DNA of 60,137 nucleotides, filler included, from Ionaspis alba (taxonomy: Eukaryota), in assembly GCA_964255285.1 (NCBI GenBank). It is 8 parts of 8 records of this genome, joined end to end, with 100 filler letters (N's around TTAATTAATTAA, not from the genome) between each part and the next. Parts side by side here need not be neighbours in the genome. Positions count along the whole stretch, not along the records: positions 1 to 7,477 come from CAXUUL010000827.1; positions 7,578 to 15,036 come from CAXUUL010000828.1; 6 more parts are not named here. One strand, written 5' to 3'. Below, piece by piece: positions 1 to 12,288 of the stretch. The stretch's first letter is position 1; every line of letters starts with the position of its first letter. The position numbers were made by a program, and so were the translations under genes. Under the pieces are notes generated by a model. It had not been told where the DNA came from. It searched no databases and saw only the letters and a list, made by a program, of their open reading frames with translations.

Positions 1-478
1 GGCGATGCCGGTGGCGAAGTACTGGAAACCATAACAATTACACTATTCAGTGTAGGTGTAGGTTTGGAGTGAGGTTATTGGGATCCACCTGTTCTTGTAT
101 CAGAATCGAGAGGCTGGGAATCGGGGTGCAAAAGTACTCATTATCATGAACAAAATGCGGACATATAGACGAAAGATTGTAGTATTATTACAGAGGCAGC
201 TCGAGTCTATATCCGGCATGTGATAGCAGGGCGTCTGCAGAGGTGCATTGTTGTCGTGTCTTTCAAACAGCCGAGCAAGTCCATTCTTAAGAGTTTCCAA
301 TGTTTATGTTAGGTATTTCATGCACGCAATACAGCTCTGCAGGTAGTCTCGGCGAAGCGGTAACAGTGCGCATTAGCGTACAGTCCTCAACCGTCCGTTC
401 TTCCACACCAATGCCATGACGTCCAGAATAAGTGCATACGGCCCGACGGACTCCTATGGTTCCCTTGGTCTCGTGATT

Positions 479-522
479 TTGGGGACCTTCTTGGGGACCT
501 TCTTGGGGACCTTCTTGGGGAC
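479..522. repeat. 12-bp tandem repeat (TTGGGGACCTTC) x3.7
   Basis: Perfect units at 479-490, 491-502 and 503-514, plus a partial unit at 515-522; lies just downstream of the NmrA-like stop codon. Confidence 0.95.
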
Positions 523-579
523 TGTCTGACGGCAAAGACGTGGCGAGATTTGGCCATGAAGAGATCATTTATGCTAACT

Positions 580-1696
580 TTAATCATCTCCTAGACATCT
601 TGAAGATCCTGTCTGCAAGAGAAGGTCCTCAAGCGTGGTGAAGTTAAGATTCTTGAAGAATTTGCATCGTTGGCGAATTGTCTTCTCGCGAGGGCATGCA
701 CCCGATCCTGTGATCATCATCTCCTCTACACTTGCTAGATAGAGCGCTTCCAAGTTCTCAGCTGTAGGAGGCAGTAGAGTATCGCGATCGATCTGCTCCT
801 TTGACCTGTAAGTCTTCTCCATGGGTCGACCTGGACCAGGTATCAATTGAAGACATCATTGAAAGAACAAAGTTTCACGAACCATAAAATTCCTCCATGA
901 CTCTCGTCATTTCATTGAAGGTTGACCATTGACCGGTGACATAGGTTGTGCGCTCCTGAGAATGTAAGATGCCAGTCATGAACGCTCTGGCCAAGAGAGT
1001 AACCAACCCACTCCGACGCACTGAGTAGCATGATGAGCGCCTTTGCAATGTCCTGAGCACTTGTAAAGGATTGCACTTCATCACCAGTGCCTCTGATATA
1101 TGCCCTCCATCCGTTTGGATCAATTGGAAATTCATCCGGGATTGAAGGCATGTATGTCTTGTCTTCAGTCAAGAAGTAGTCCATCAGCCAGCCGTTGTTG
1201 AAGATTGTCCATTCAACATCGTTCTGCTGTTCAAGAATCTTTCGAAATGGCACTCGTGATGTTCTGAAAAAGCTCGGAAACAGTGGGAAGCCATCAATGT
1301 TGCCGGCAAATTCCGAGGGTATAAACCGCTTGCAATTCTTTGACCTTTGACAAGCTTCTAGAAAGGCGCAGTGCAAATTAACGAAGGTTTGGTCAGCACT
1401 GTTGTTGAACGATATAAAAGTACTGGCATTCGTCTTGTTCAAGATCTGGAGAACAGAATCCGAACTGTAATCACTAGTGCGCACATCTATGTTACGCTGC
1501 TCGAAGAAAGCTCCTTTGTTTGACTTGACCGCATGTCTATAAGTATTTGGCTGGAACCCCGTTCATTGGGCTTTGGACTCACCTGTCTAGAGATGACAAC
1601 AAATGTGTAGCGGCCATCGGCGAGCAATTCGTCACAGAGATATTTGCCGAGGCTTCCAACCGAGCACAGAGCGATGACTTGGCGGTTATCAGTCAT
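580..1696 (-). CDS. NmrA-like / isoflavone-reductase-like NAD(P)-binding protein (4 exons)
   Basis: N-terminal Rossmann-like VIALCSVGSLGKYL, then CKRFIPSEFAG, VEWTIFNNGWLMDYF and SFTSAQDIAKA. GT-AG introns join ORFs 1487-1819, 912-1484, 875-1135 and 580-846. Confidence 0.8.
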
Positions 1697-2143
1697 GGTG
1701 TTGACCAAACAAACGGTAAGAGGAGCGAATCGTGCTTTTGCACTCGACCTGCTCAATGATCCCCACTTCGCTACCAGCAGCGCTATTGGTAGTCCGTGTC
1801 TTCTTGATGTCTGGCACATGCGCAGCTAGCATATGCAGGCAAATGATACGTCTGTACATCTTTCGCTGTATGCAGCTAAGTGATATCTGCGCTGTACTGC
1901 ATACATTATATGGTGTTTTACAGCTCGTAACAGCATTACCGTGATTTAGGCACTAATGATGTGGCACAACCCCCCACCCGGCAGGCGACAACGTACTATA
2001 CCTCATGCACTACACTTACATGGGATACGTGAACAAGCTACCTTAGTTGCATCTAAACTTACACGATTGAGCTTTGTTATAATACCGTTATTTTTAAGGG
2101 CTCCCATGAAGAGTAACGTATACATGTATCTCGTGAGGCAACT

Positions 2144-2241
2144 TGATAAGGTCGGCATTCCTGCATGCAGCTCCACCTCCAATCTGCAGGTCGCCGCCTG
2201 AGCATGCTTTCGCAATCGCGATTTCACCCAATATAAGATAA
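2144..2241. promoter_or_regulatory. Two HGATAR (AreA/Nit2-type) sites in the divergent NmrA-like / permease promoter
   Basis: TGATAA at 2144-2149 and AGATAA at 2236-2241; short motifs, function inferred. Confidence 0.3.
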
Positions 2242-2414
2242 GGGCCATGCTGGCTTTTAGAAGGATCAGACATTGCTTGTATCGCCGGTTTGTAACCTGA
2301 CCTCACGCCGAGCAGATCGCATGGCGTTTTTGCCGTCGGCACTGTTGTTTATGACCTGATCTGTCTTTGTACGCCGCGTCACCTATTACTCTGTTCTCAT
2401 TCCTTGCTATTATT

Positions 2415-4208
2415 ATGCATGGACTATTGGATTCGTCCCCCAATCCCATTCCTCGCGGAGGGAAGGGCAACATGCACAAGCACGAGGTCCCGTTGCTCGG
2501 CGCGCCGGGAGAGCATCTGGGGAATGAAGAACTTCCCACGCAGCTAATGTCCAAGGATGAAGGACTGCTCGCCCGTCTAGGATACAAGCAAGGTAGTCTC
2601 TATCTACTTTCAGACATGCCCCGCACTGATTCAAGCGTATGTTAGAGTTGAATCGTGGGCTGGGTCTGTTTGAGAATTGGGCGGCGACTTTCTCGGTATT
2701 GAAACTTGATGCATATCCTGTAGCAACCACTGATCAGATGGAGTGCATGAACTTTGTTTCGGGTCTGCCAATTCTGTTCGGCTGGGTCATGATGACTGGC
2801 GGACCACAAGCGGCCTTCACGTCGTGGACCATGGTCAGCACTATATCATGTATCCTTGCATTGGCCCTGGCCGAGATCGCGGCTGCGCTACCAACTGCTG
2901 GCGGCATATACTTCTGGACTTACAGCCTAGGAGGCCCCGAATGGGGTCCGTTCCTGAGCTGGATGACTGCAGTACGCATCCTCAATCCCCCCTGAAGTGC
3001 CTTGCCTGATCCTCTTACAGTGGTGGAACTGGTCTGCCTGGGTTTTGGCTGTTCCTGGTACTCAGCAAGGTGCAACAAACTTTCTCATTTCTTCACTTCA
3101 GATCAATTACCCAGATAATGCTATTCTCCACGAAAGCTGGTTCTCTTGGCTTGTTACAGTCGTTGGTCTGATTATCGCTCTAATCCCAAATATTGCAAGT
3201 CAACGTTGGTTACAAAGATACTTTCGCGTTGCTATTGCCATCTTTGTTATATTGTTCTTTCTTTTCTGGATCTGGTTTCCCATTGCTGTAGCTGGCAGAT
3301 TTCAGTCCGCAAGCTTCGTTTTCAAGACTTTTCACAACGGCATCAACCAAGGCCCGACCCAGCAGGCTTCGGATGCATATTGCTGGGTGATCAGTCTTTT
3401 GTTTGGCGCTTGGGAGTTTGGCGGCTACGATGCTTCCGCGCACTTGGCCGAGGAGACACAAGATGCCAGCAAGAACGTGGCGCGGGGAATGTGGCTCTCC
3501 ACCGTCTCAACCACGATTCTCTCCATACCGACCTTGATTCTCATCTTATACTGTATACAGGACTTTGACGCCTTGATCTCTGCTACTTATGCGAACAACT
3601 GGGCGGAGTTTCTTATACAGGTTGTTGGACCTCGCGGCGCCACCGCTATTCTCATCATGAACTGGATCGACTGCACTTGCGCCACCGCCGCCGTTATATT
3701 ATCGGCTCAGCGGGTGACATTCGCAATCTCGCGCGATAATATCTTGCCAGGATCTTCGTTATTCAGAAAGGTCAGCGGTGACAATTTAATACCAGTAAAC
3801 GCAGCGCTTCTGGTGGTCTTCATTGCTGCCGCCGTCACATGTACCGTCCTCGGTTCATCTGTAGCATTCAGCGCCATTACCGCAACGACGGTCATATGCC
3901 AGAACATTAGCTATCTGTTTGTCCTAATAACTCGACACACACTGGGCAGATCGAGCTTCGAGCCGGCTCGATGGAACCTTGGTCACCTATCTCTACCCGT
4001 AGGATGTTTGTCGATAGTGTGGATTATCTTCCTTTCCATCGTTCTGGCTCTTCCGCAGGTCTTTCCGGTAACTCTACAGACTTTAAACTACTCTCCTATC
4101 TGTCTGGCAATCGTAACTTCAGTGTCCGTGGTCGGGTGGGTCTTACCTTTTGGATGGGGTGGTCGGCGTTGGTTCAAAGGTCCAACCAAAACACTACCAG
4201 TGGCATGA
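2415..4208 (+). CDS. APC-superfamily amino acid/GABA/choline-type permease (multi-exon)
   Basis: Motifs LARLGYKQ|ELNRGLG, ALAEIAAALPTAGGIYFW, GYDASAHLAEETQDA and RVTFAISRD, with many hydrophobic segments. Start is 2415 or 2472. Confidence 0.9.
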
Positions 4209-5164
4209 TCCGAGAGGCTTGAAGACGAGATTAACGTTCGGCCAGAAAAGGTCACGGCTTCGCTTATATAGATCTAGAAACGGATACTAAGTATCTTAGC
4301 CGAGCCTTCCTTTATATTTTGTTTTTAGGGTTCTATCGGCACTATGCCCGATGTTGAGTCACGACTACGCAACCATCTATAGGGGGGTGGTCTTTTGTAG
4401 TGTGTAACTCCGTGGCTTGATTGTAGGCTAAAAAAGGTATTGTATACATGCGCTAGTCACGTGCACTAGCGTAGCCTTAGCCCCTTGGCACCCCTATGCC
4501 GGAGTCCCTGACCTTGCCTAACCCGTGCTGGATATATTCAATCTCAACACCTAATCGACTCGCGGAGGGGAGGCTGGGGACTAGCGTAGCAAGTGATATG
4601 TGTTGGCACGAATTCTTTCCTGTTCATCGCGGATGGCATAAGTTAGCTTGTCACTGATAATCGGAAAGTGCTTATCGAACCACCATTAAAGTCGTAACCT
4701 CATACCAGTCATTCGCCACATAGATTGATCGTCCTTATCCAGGGGGCACTAAAACAAGAGTTTTTTTTGGAAGAGGAGCTTGACAAGGTCCAAAGCCCGA
4801 ACCTAGCTCACGTCTAAGGGGGCATGTTTAGACCAGCTAACTGGCGCCTAACCCTCCTCAGGGAGTCTCACAGTCGGGACTTTCTTTTAGCTATTTTTCG
4901 GTAAAATTAATATGCTTCGAGAGAACCGGCGAGATGAGAGTTCATGCCAGTATCACCGAGATTTGCCAATAGGGTCCGTCGAAATTCAAATTAGTGGAAG
5001 TATGAAAGCTGTGAGAGGTGGAGCAGGTTCCACCATGCACTAACAGCCAAACTGTATTCAGCGTCTAGTACTAACGGCGAAGTGAAGATTTGTAAGTATG
5101 GAATTACATGTCCTTGCGCATTAAAGCTTTTTGGTATGAATATACAAGGCAGACTAGTCATCCT

Positions 5165-6288
5165 CTATTTCCGGTACGCCTGCCACATCTCCATTAATTC
5201 GTTCGACGTTGAGCCTGCCCAAGTGTAACCATAACGGTGGCTGTATGGAATCGATTCATCGTAAGGAGCCGAAGTCATCCAGTCTCTCTCCGCATTCTTC
5301 CAAATTTTGCGGCGCTTGCTGGCTTGAGTTGACTTTTTGGCGTTGACGTCCTGAGGAGTTTGGTGACTAGTGCTATCCGGCTGCTCCTTGAATGTCCTTT
5401 TTCTGCTCTTCCTACTACTGCTGATATCCTCATTACCTTCGTCGTCCTCTTCACTGTCCTCTTCGTTCCTGTCATCATCATCCTCCTCCTCATCATCTTC
5501 ATCTTCATCATCACCTGCATCATCTTTATCGTCCTCATCGTCTTCCTTCCCTTGCTTGCCATCACTCTTACTTTGGCAAATGGGACAATCTTCCTTGGAA
5601 CATGAGCTTTTGTAAGTGAGCCAAATCTTTCGTAGCGCTACAAAGTCGTCCCAAGTCTCTTGGAGCTCTGCGGTAGGTTCTACAGGAGCAAGAGGTGGAG
5701 GGCGCGCGATGACTACCCCTGGCTCACCCCGCCATATCTTTGTGGGATTGTCGGTGAAGGCTGACTTGTAGTGAGTGTCTTGGAAAGCCATGGAATCGGG
5801 GTCGGGTGTAAGCAACAAACGCCGGAAAACAACACTTCGTTGAGAATTGTACTCCTGGATTATCTCAGGAGTCGCCTGAATTCTTTGTATCCAATTCGTA
5901 GTATCTTCGGGGATAAACATCCATTCATCGCTGTCAAAGGCGAAGTGACAAATGGAGCAGAGGGCGACTAGATTGCCTCTATCATGGATGTTATGAAGTT
6001 GTATGCGGCCACGTTTATGATGTGCCACGAACTACGGCATTGTAAGCTGCCGTGTCGGAGGGGGTAGAACGTTAACCTTACATGAAAACGCCTTGATGTT
6101 GCCTGTGGGTAGATGTGGCAGATTTCCAGGGGTCGCGACTTTTTGTGCGCTTTGCAATCACATAACCAGCATCTGTTGTCTTGTGCTCTTTTGATGTCCT
6201 TTTTGATTTGAAGTGGCACATCGACAGACGATTGTGATGGATGGTGAGGGAGTCTTGGAACCTTATCTCTCTTTCTCTTCAAAGGCAT
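5165..6288 (-). CDS. Fungal HNH-endonuclease-like protein (HNH_2 type) with acidic tract
   Basis: CWLC...LEICHIYP...NLVALCSICHFAFDSDEW matches the HNH_2 pattern. GT-AG intron at 6032-6081, a second Cys cluster CSKEDCPIC, and a D/E tract. Confidence 0.72.
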
Positions 6289-7060
6289 TTTGTGATGGAA
6301 GGCCACTCAGCTGCAGTGCAGGTAGGTCTCGTACTCTACCTCGACCAGATATTAAGTGAAGAGACGGATTGGCTGAGGGATGAGTTGATTGAAAGCTGAG
6401 CGCGTCTGGCGGAGTGTCATGCCAAACCCCATCAATAAAGCAGTTTGTGTTGAAAGAACGGCAGTGAGGTGTAATTACGAGGAAGGTGTTTTCATCCCTC
6501 CGGACTAAACTATTTCCGATACATTTCACTGGGCGTTCTTGCCCGTTTTCCTTCCTCCACAATGTCATGCGTCACCTGGTTGCGATTAATGATCACCGAC
6601 CGAACTACTGGTAGACACATTTCGATCTTGGGATTTAATTCTTCCAACACATTAAGACATTGAAATATTAGTCAAGCTGATCTCAGGAACCGTACATGGT
6701 AGGAATTGACACTTGAGCGATATGTGGTTAGAGTCACGTCTCCTTCCGTGCCAAGCGTGCCAAGCCTATAGGGCTGAGTATTATGCACATGTTCGATCGA
6801 TCTCTTGTCTAGTGCTCCAAGCTCCCACCTACTGCACCCCTTGTACTGCCCCATACTGCTCGCCCGTGCTCACTCGATGCTCCCTTGGTGCTCTCTCTAA
6901 AGCGAGTATGCTCCATTCGAGACCGGATGCTGTGTCTCACGCTCAAAAGCTCGGGGCATATATAGTATTCATATCCATGCTCAATGGGCAATATAAAACC
7001 CAATTATATTCATGTAATCCCAGCTACCGTGAATCTAACAGGTGCAAAACCTTCCCCCGA

Positions 7061-7477
7061 CTATCTGTCTCCCCTCCTCTCACTCTCCCTCACAGTAACC
7101 ACCCCATCAGGCCCCACATTCATTTCCAACGGATTCTCCTCCTCCGGCTCAACCCTCCACTCGGCCGCAGTCCGACTCACTCCCTCAACCGTATCCTCAC
7201 TCCTCTCCCAGCTATCCGCAGTATCCGGTCCCGGCATGGGAGGCGGTGTCGGAGGTCTCCCGCTTTCAATTGCCCTCCTGCCACTCGCTCTCCCGTTCCC
7301 ATTCCCATTGCCATTGCCACTCCCCGATCCAGCAGGTGGTCTCCGTCTCGCCCTCGAGGGTGCCACGTCGCCCAATTCAATCACTCTCGGACTGGGGATT
7401 GGGTTCCCATTTCCATTCCCAATCCCATTCCCGTTGCCAATGTCGACCGCATCCTCAACTCTAGCGTGTAGACTTCC
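7061..7477 (-). CDS. C-terminal fragment of an unknown protein, truncated by the scaffold end
   Basis: Frame is open from the scaffold edge (GSLHARVEDAVDIGNGNG...) to the stop at 7061; contains GN repeats. Confidence 0.45.
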   Translation of the reverse strand, partial: GSLHARVEDAVDIGNGNGIGNGNGNPIPSPRVIELGDVAPSRARRRPPAGSGSGNGNGNGNGRASGRRAIESGRPPTPPPMPGPDTADSWERSEDTVEGVSRTAAEWRVEPEEENPLEMNVGPDGVVTVRESERRGDR

Positions 7478-7577
7478 NNNNNNNNNNNNNNNNNNNNNNN
7501 NNNNNNNNNNNNNNNNNNNNNTTAATTAATTAANNNNNNNNNNNNNNNNNNNNNNNNNNNNNNNNNNNNNNNNNNNN
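7478..7577. other. Artificial scaffold linker
   Basis: 44N + TTAATTAATTAA (stops in all six frames) + 44N. Confidence 0.98.
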
Positions 7578-7779
7578 TGCGGATGGGGTTATGCATTTCC
7601 TAGCGTGCAAGCGGCGGGAGTGAGTAGGATTCATTAACACTAATAGGGTTATAGAGCGGATGGTTGAGCATTTTATAGGCAGGACGGGAGTTGGTGTGAG
7701 TAACTCTGTAGAGAGAATAATGGTTTTATTTGTACATAGCTAATGAATCCGTCTCGATACCGTACGATCAACAGCCGTA

Positions 7780-9500
7780 TCAGGCACCGCTAGAATCACC
7801 GGTGTCCCGTCGCTTTCGTTGAGGCTGGTGTTCTCGCTTTGAATGTTTGGTGGAACGTTTGGCCGGGAGTCTGTAGTCCAAAACGAGCTCATCCGTTGAA
7901 GTCTCAGACTCTTGAAGATGAGAAGCTGTATTGAAGTCTTCATTTAGCGAGGTTCGAGACTCTTGACCTAGAGATTCGGTTGAGTAGGGCTCTGCCAATG
8001 AAACTTCACTTGCCAAGCTAGATGTCAGACCGAACCCTGATGCATCGATGGCTGACGTCTCAGCTTGACTATCATTTGCTCTTCTTGCATTTGCAGCGTC
8101 AATGAATTCATTCCGTTTCTCCTTTGTCCAGTCTCTGGCATTTCGGAACGCAGCGGCACCTTCCCGGAATCTTGCCGTAGTATCAGTCATGGCAAAAGAT
8201 CTAAGCTGATTCATAAAATATTCGGGCCGACCTCCAGGACTGCTTGGCTGAGTGGGGTGGCTGGTGTACATCTTGAGGTAGCCATCGTAATAGATTGATG
8301 TAATGGTGTAGGCGTTGTTGTCATAGACTGCTTCGTCTTGTCCGTATTCTTGAAGACTATGTATGCCTCTAGCACCTAATGCACCGTCGTAGCAGGCCTG
8401 TCGTCCAGCCACCGTCAAAGACCCATCCGGTCCTTTTACCGCTAAGAAAAAATTTGGCGCAGTGGGAAGGCTATCCTGCGTCGAAGGGATAATATGGCGA
8501 CTGAGCTCTTTACGGACTCGTCGATCGAGTTGTTCGGGACGTGCACCGTAGTAGAGGTCCGGGTTGCCAGGCACAATTGTACCGTCCGTCAGATGGGCAA
8601 GGTTTGTAAATTGGATTCCTCCTGAACTGCATTTGGCGTCCCCGATTTCGCCTTCAACGATTGGAATTACCGATGTTGTCACCTGTTTTTCTTTGGGGGC
8701 ATGTGCCTGTGCTCGTCTAAATCTCCTAAAGTCCTCATCGGAAAATCGCGATGGTGACAGAGAGGAACGAGGTTGCGTCAATCTTCGATTAATTTCTTCC
8801 CAGTTATTCGGCTGTGGCGGGATTCGACCGTCGGGATATTCGTATTCATCAGGGTAGACGCCACCATCAATGAGATTCTGTTCAAAGGCACGGTCATAAG
8901 GCCCAGTGCTTTTAGTGGTTGTGGTACTGGTGATGGGTTTAGTATTCGATGTAGACTTCGAACCTCGTTTCCGACCTCGAGAACTGGAATGTCTCGAGTT
9001 CATCGTTTGATTGAAAGAGTCGACAGGTTTCGAACACTAAAGAAAGGATGATCAACTTTTAACACCAGCAGGTATTTGGCAACACATACTCCCCTCAGGT
9101 CCGCTAGGTCTGGACCACCGTGTCTGGCAAATATCTTTATGTCCTTCAAACAACTGAGTGCACAATAGCAGAGAAAGTCGGGGGCCGATTGAATGGTGTG
9201 GCGATTTTTCTGCAGTTCAACAACAGCGCTCCGAGTGACAGGCCGGTGAGGTTGTTGGTACGATAAACGGGACGGATTCGAAGCAGGTTGAGTGTTTCTT
9301 CGGTCTAACTCTCTCAGCGCGCGTCTGGTCAACCAGAGTTTCGATAAGTTATCCCAGAATGCTGCCGGTGGCTGATATCCGTCGGTGAAATGGATGAGCT
9401 TCTGCCTTTTAGAAAGAGGTTGTGACGTCTTGTTCGGTTGAAATGGATCTTGGCCCGGACATTGACGTTTGCGTGGATTGGAAAGTTGTGGTTCGGGCAT
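7780..9500 (-). CDS. Fungal accessory-family protein with PD-(D/E)xK-like motif (DUF7924-like)
   Basis: FWDNLSKLWLTRRALRELDRRN, FARHGGPDLADLRG, intron 9037-9089, then PDLYYGARPEQL...PNFFLAVKGPDG...RQACYDGALGAR...AFRNARDW. Alternative start at 9599. Confidence 0.7.
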
Positions 9501-10754
9501 ATGATAGTCTTCGACAACAGCAGCATCCAGTTTCCCCAGGTGTGGAAGTGAATCAAGGGCAGATGGGCAGCGGCGTTTATATTCTACTGTGCCCGCCATG
9601 CACCCTGCGAGATATTGAGGTGGTTACATTTAGCAGCAATTCGGATACAACTGGACCGTGCTTCTAGGGCTTGGCGGTGGGGGATGAGTCATGCAGAAAA
9701 CATGGCATTAGTGATTAGTCTCGTCTAATAGTGCTCGCGTCCTCCTCGATATGTGTCGGAGATAATCTTTTGTGTCCCCAGCAATATGTCCGCTGTCTTT
9801 ATTCAACGTCCAGGCTTCAGAAAACGGGTCGTTTCGTCTCACGTATGAGGCGCACGGCAATAACTAGTCGCCGATGGATGATCATTAAGCTGTCTAGCGA
9901 TTGGTGGCTTGTTCGCGGGCTGGCTCCCTGACTTGTCCGCTGCGGCACCGAGCTAAAAGCCTCCTGGAATCTTGACCTGCCCATTCTTCAGCCAATTGTG
10001 CTTTGGCTCAGATCGATGGCCATGCACTTCGGCGTAAGGAAACCAATGCTCCTGTCGAGCAATCGACAATGTTTCGTGTATAGATACGTGAAGCTGTCGA
10101 AGGAAGGATCTTCGCACTAAGCTGACAGAATAAGACCAATGCCCAAGTTCAGCCCCCATTAACAAGGCCTGTGAATGGTCCGAAGATCTTAACACGACTA
10201 CGTACTCGACTAAGGTATCAGGAGACTGGAGACGCCCAAATACCGTATTAATAGGATGAACCGGCAATCACTTGCGTCACAGCCCTTCTCGTGGTCCATG
10301 CTAAACAATAGTGCTGATTAGCTCTGCCTTGAAGGATCATTTATACACAGGGCTTATCACCAACCCGTCCAGTCATATCTGTTTGGTCCTACGCCGTTCA
10401 CCTACATATGCTTTAATCCTCATCGATTTCAGCCCAACAGCCACAATCCTATTCCAATATGGAAATGTCACTGGCTATCGTTTCCCGGGCCAAAGCTGTG
10501 ACGATACAGCAGACGATATGTACAGGATCAGAGGAAGGCGGTGCTGCGGAGCTGATTTGTGATCTGGCTAGTAGCTATGGCACAGCATTGAGGCTCCCAC
10601 ATCGTTGATATACTCTTCTGTCGGATATTTGATAACACTGTTGTGATTACATCCACACGCGGGATCTAGTGCTTCAAGATCTGTTTTCCTTTTGTATTTC
10701 AGACCAGGCACATCTGTATAATTTGTTGCGTAGTCCTCAATCTCTGTCTTTGCC

Positions 10755-12288
10755 ATGGCCGGCAATTTTTGGCTCAGGCTCAATGATACGGTTCTGGCCA
10801 CGACTCCGTTGACAGATCCACCACCGGGCGTGGAGTCAAACCTCATTAACCCGGAGAATCATCTCTTCAATGTCTCGATTGCCACGTATTGTGTTTGTTC
10901 TTTCTTGGTTGTCACCTCGGCTAGTGTTAGGGTGTTTACGAAATTCTACCTTATGAGATCATTCCAGTTCGAGGACTGTAAGCATTAGCATCGGTGCCTT
11001 TCGTGTGTCAATGTTAATGACCTCTAGATCTCACGATTTTTGTTGCTGTAAGTGTTTCACCTACTTCCGAATCCGCGGACTTCGAAATGAAGAGCGTATC
11101 CTTACTGATAGCTTAGATCGGAAGCATTGTTGGCTTCAGTCTAGGAATTGCCATATTGACTTATGGATCTGGCCTACACGAATGGGATATATCCGTACTG
11201 GCCATGACTCGCATAGGCTTGGTAAGCGGACACAGTCGTCCGATATCTTGTGAGGACATACTAAGCATCTGCCAGCTAAACCACATCATCATGCTTCTGT
11301 ACTTCCCCTTTGTCTTCCTCGCAAGGCTCACGGTCTTCTTGTCAATCATCAGGATCTTTGCTCCCACCAAGACTGGTGCAATCTACCGCTGTATTCAGAC
11401 CTTAATCTGGCTCAACCTTCTCTTCTACGTTCTCAGCTGGTTCTTATGGCTCTTTCAATGTACCCCTCTAAGGGCAGCTTGGGATCCTCTCATTGACGGA
11501 GACTATAAGCTTGACCCAAATATACTATTTATTGTGGGGGCTGGCTTCAACATAATGTCGGACTTCTTTACACTTGTCCTCCCAATCTATAGTATCTGGC
11601 ACCTCAAGATGGCTGTCAAACAAAAACTCGGTGTTTCTGTCGTTTTTGCAACGGGTCTATTGTAAGCTGTCGTCCCATTGCCAACGCACATTCGAGGCTG
11701 AAGGACTTTAGTGCTTTGATCGCAAGTATTGCTCGATTGGTGTGGTCGCTTCCCATCTTAACATACTACGATATTTCCTATACTTATCATCAAGCTGGTC
11801 TTTGGACGTAAGATCATCTTTACCCGCGTTCGAGGAGAAGCTAACACTTTCCAAGCGTCGCTGAGATGACCGCAATTATCTTATGCGCGAGTATGCCCAC
11901 GATGCCACGATTCTTCCAGTTCGTCATGGGCAGGAACCCTGTGAAACCTACATATAAGCAATACAGGGACACGGTCTCGTCAGACGGGGACCAGAAGAGT
12001 CGAAAGAAAAGCCTTTCCAGCCCCCGAAGTGCTTCCGATACTCCCACCCTGGCAAACAATCCCGAGCACCTAGACAGACAAGCTTTGATTCGGATTCCTG
12101 GTCGGGAACAAGAGAAGCAGTTCACACCAAGTTCAACAGAAGCGCTGACAGAGAGGAACGGGGCAGAGGAAATGTCGATGTTACCAAGGAGCAACATCGT
12201 CAAGACTGTGCGCATCGAGACAACTCGTGATGGTCAGGTGCAGCAGAGAGGCGACACTTCAAAGGGCGAGTCCTTCTATTGGGTTTGA
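10755..12288 (+). CDS. PTH11-like (fungal rhodopsin-domain) integral membrane protein, no CFEM domain
   Basis: PPPGVESNLINP, R-x-FTK...FQFED, YGSGLHEWDI, FQCTPLRAAWD, NIMSDFFTLVLPI...LKMAVKQK and AIILCASMP; multi-exon. Confidence 0.85.

Noticed and set aside
479..522. CRISPR array or telomeric repeat
   Set aside because: There are no spacers, only 3.7 head-to-tail units, in a eukaryotic context, and the unit is not TTAGGG.
6713..7529. Plus-strand ORFs of 252 and 181 aa
   Set aside because: Low-complexity antisense shadows of the minus-strand fragment; one runs into Ns.
7522..7533. TTAATTAATTAA recurring about every 7.5 kb as a periodic biological repeat
   Set aside because: It is always embedded in exactly 44+44 Ns; it is an artificial six-frame-stop linker.
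5165..9599. HNH and PD-(D/E)xK-like genes as a two-nuclease defence or drive locus
   Set aside because: They lie on different scaffolds separated by a linker; adjacency comes from length sorting.
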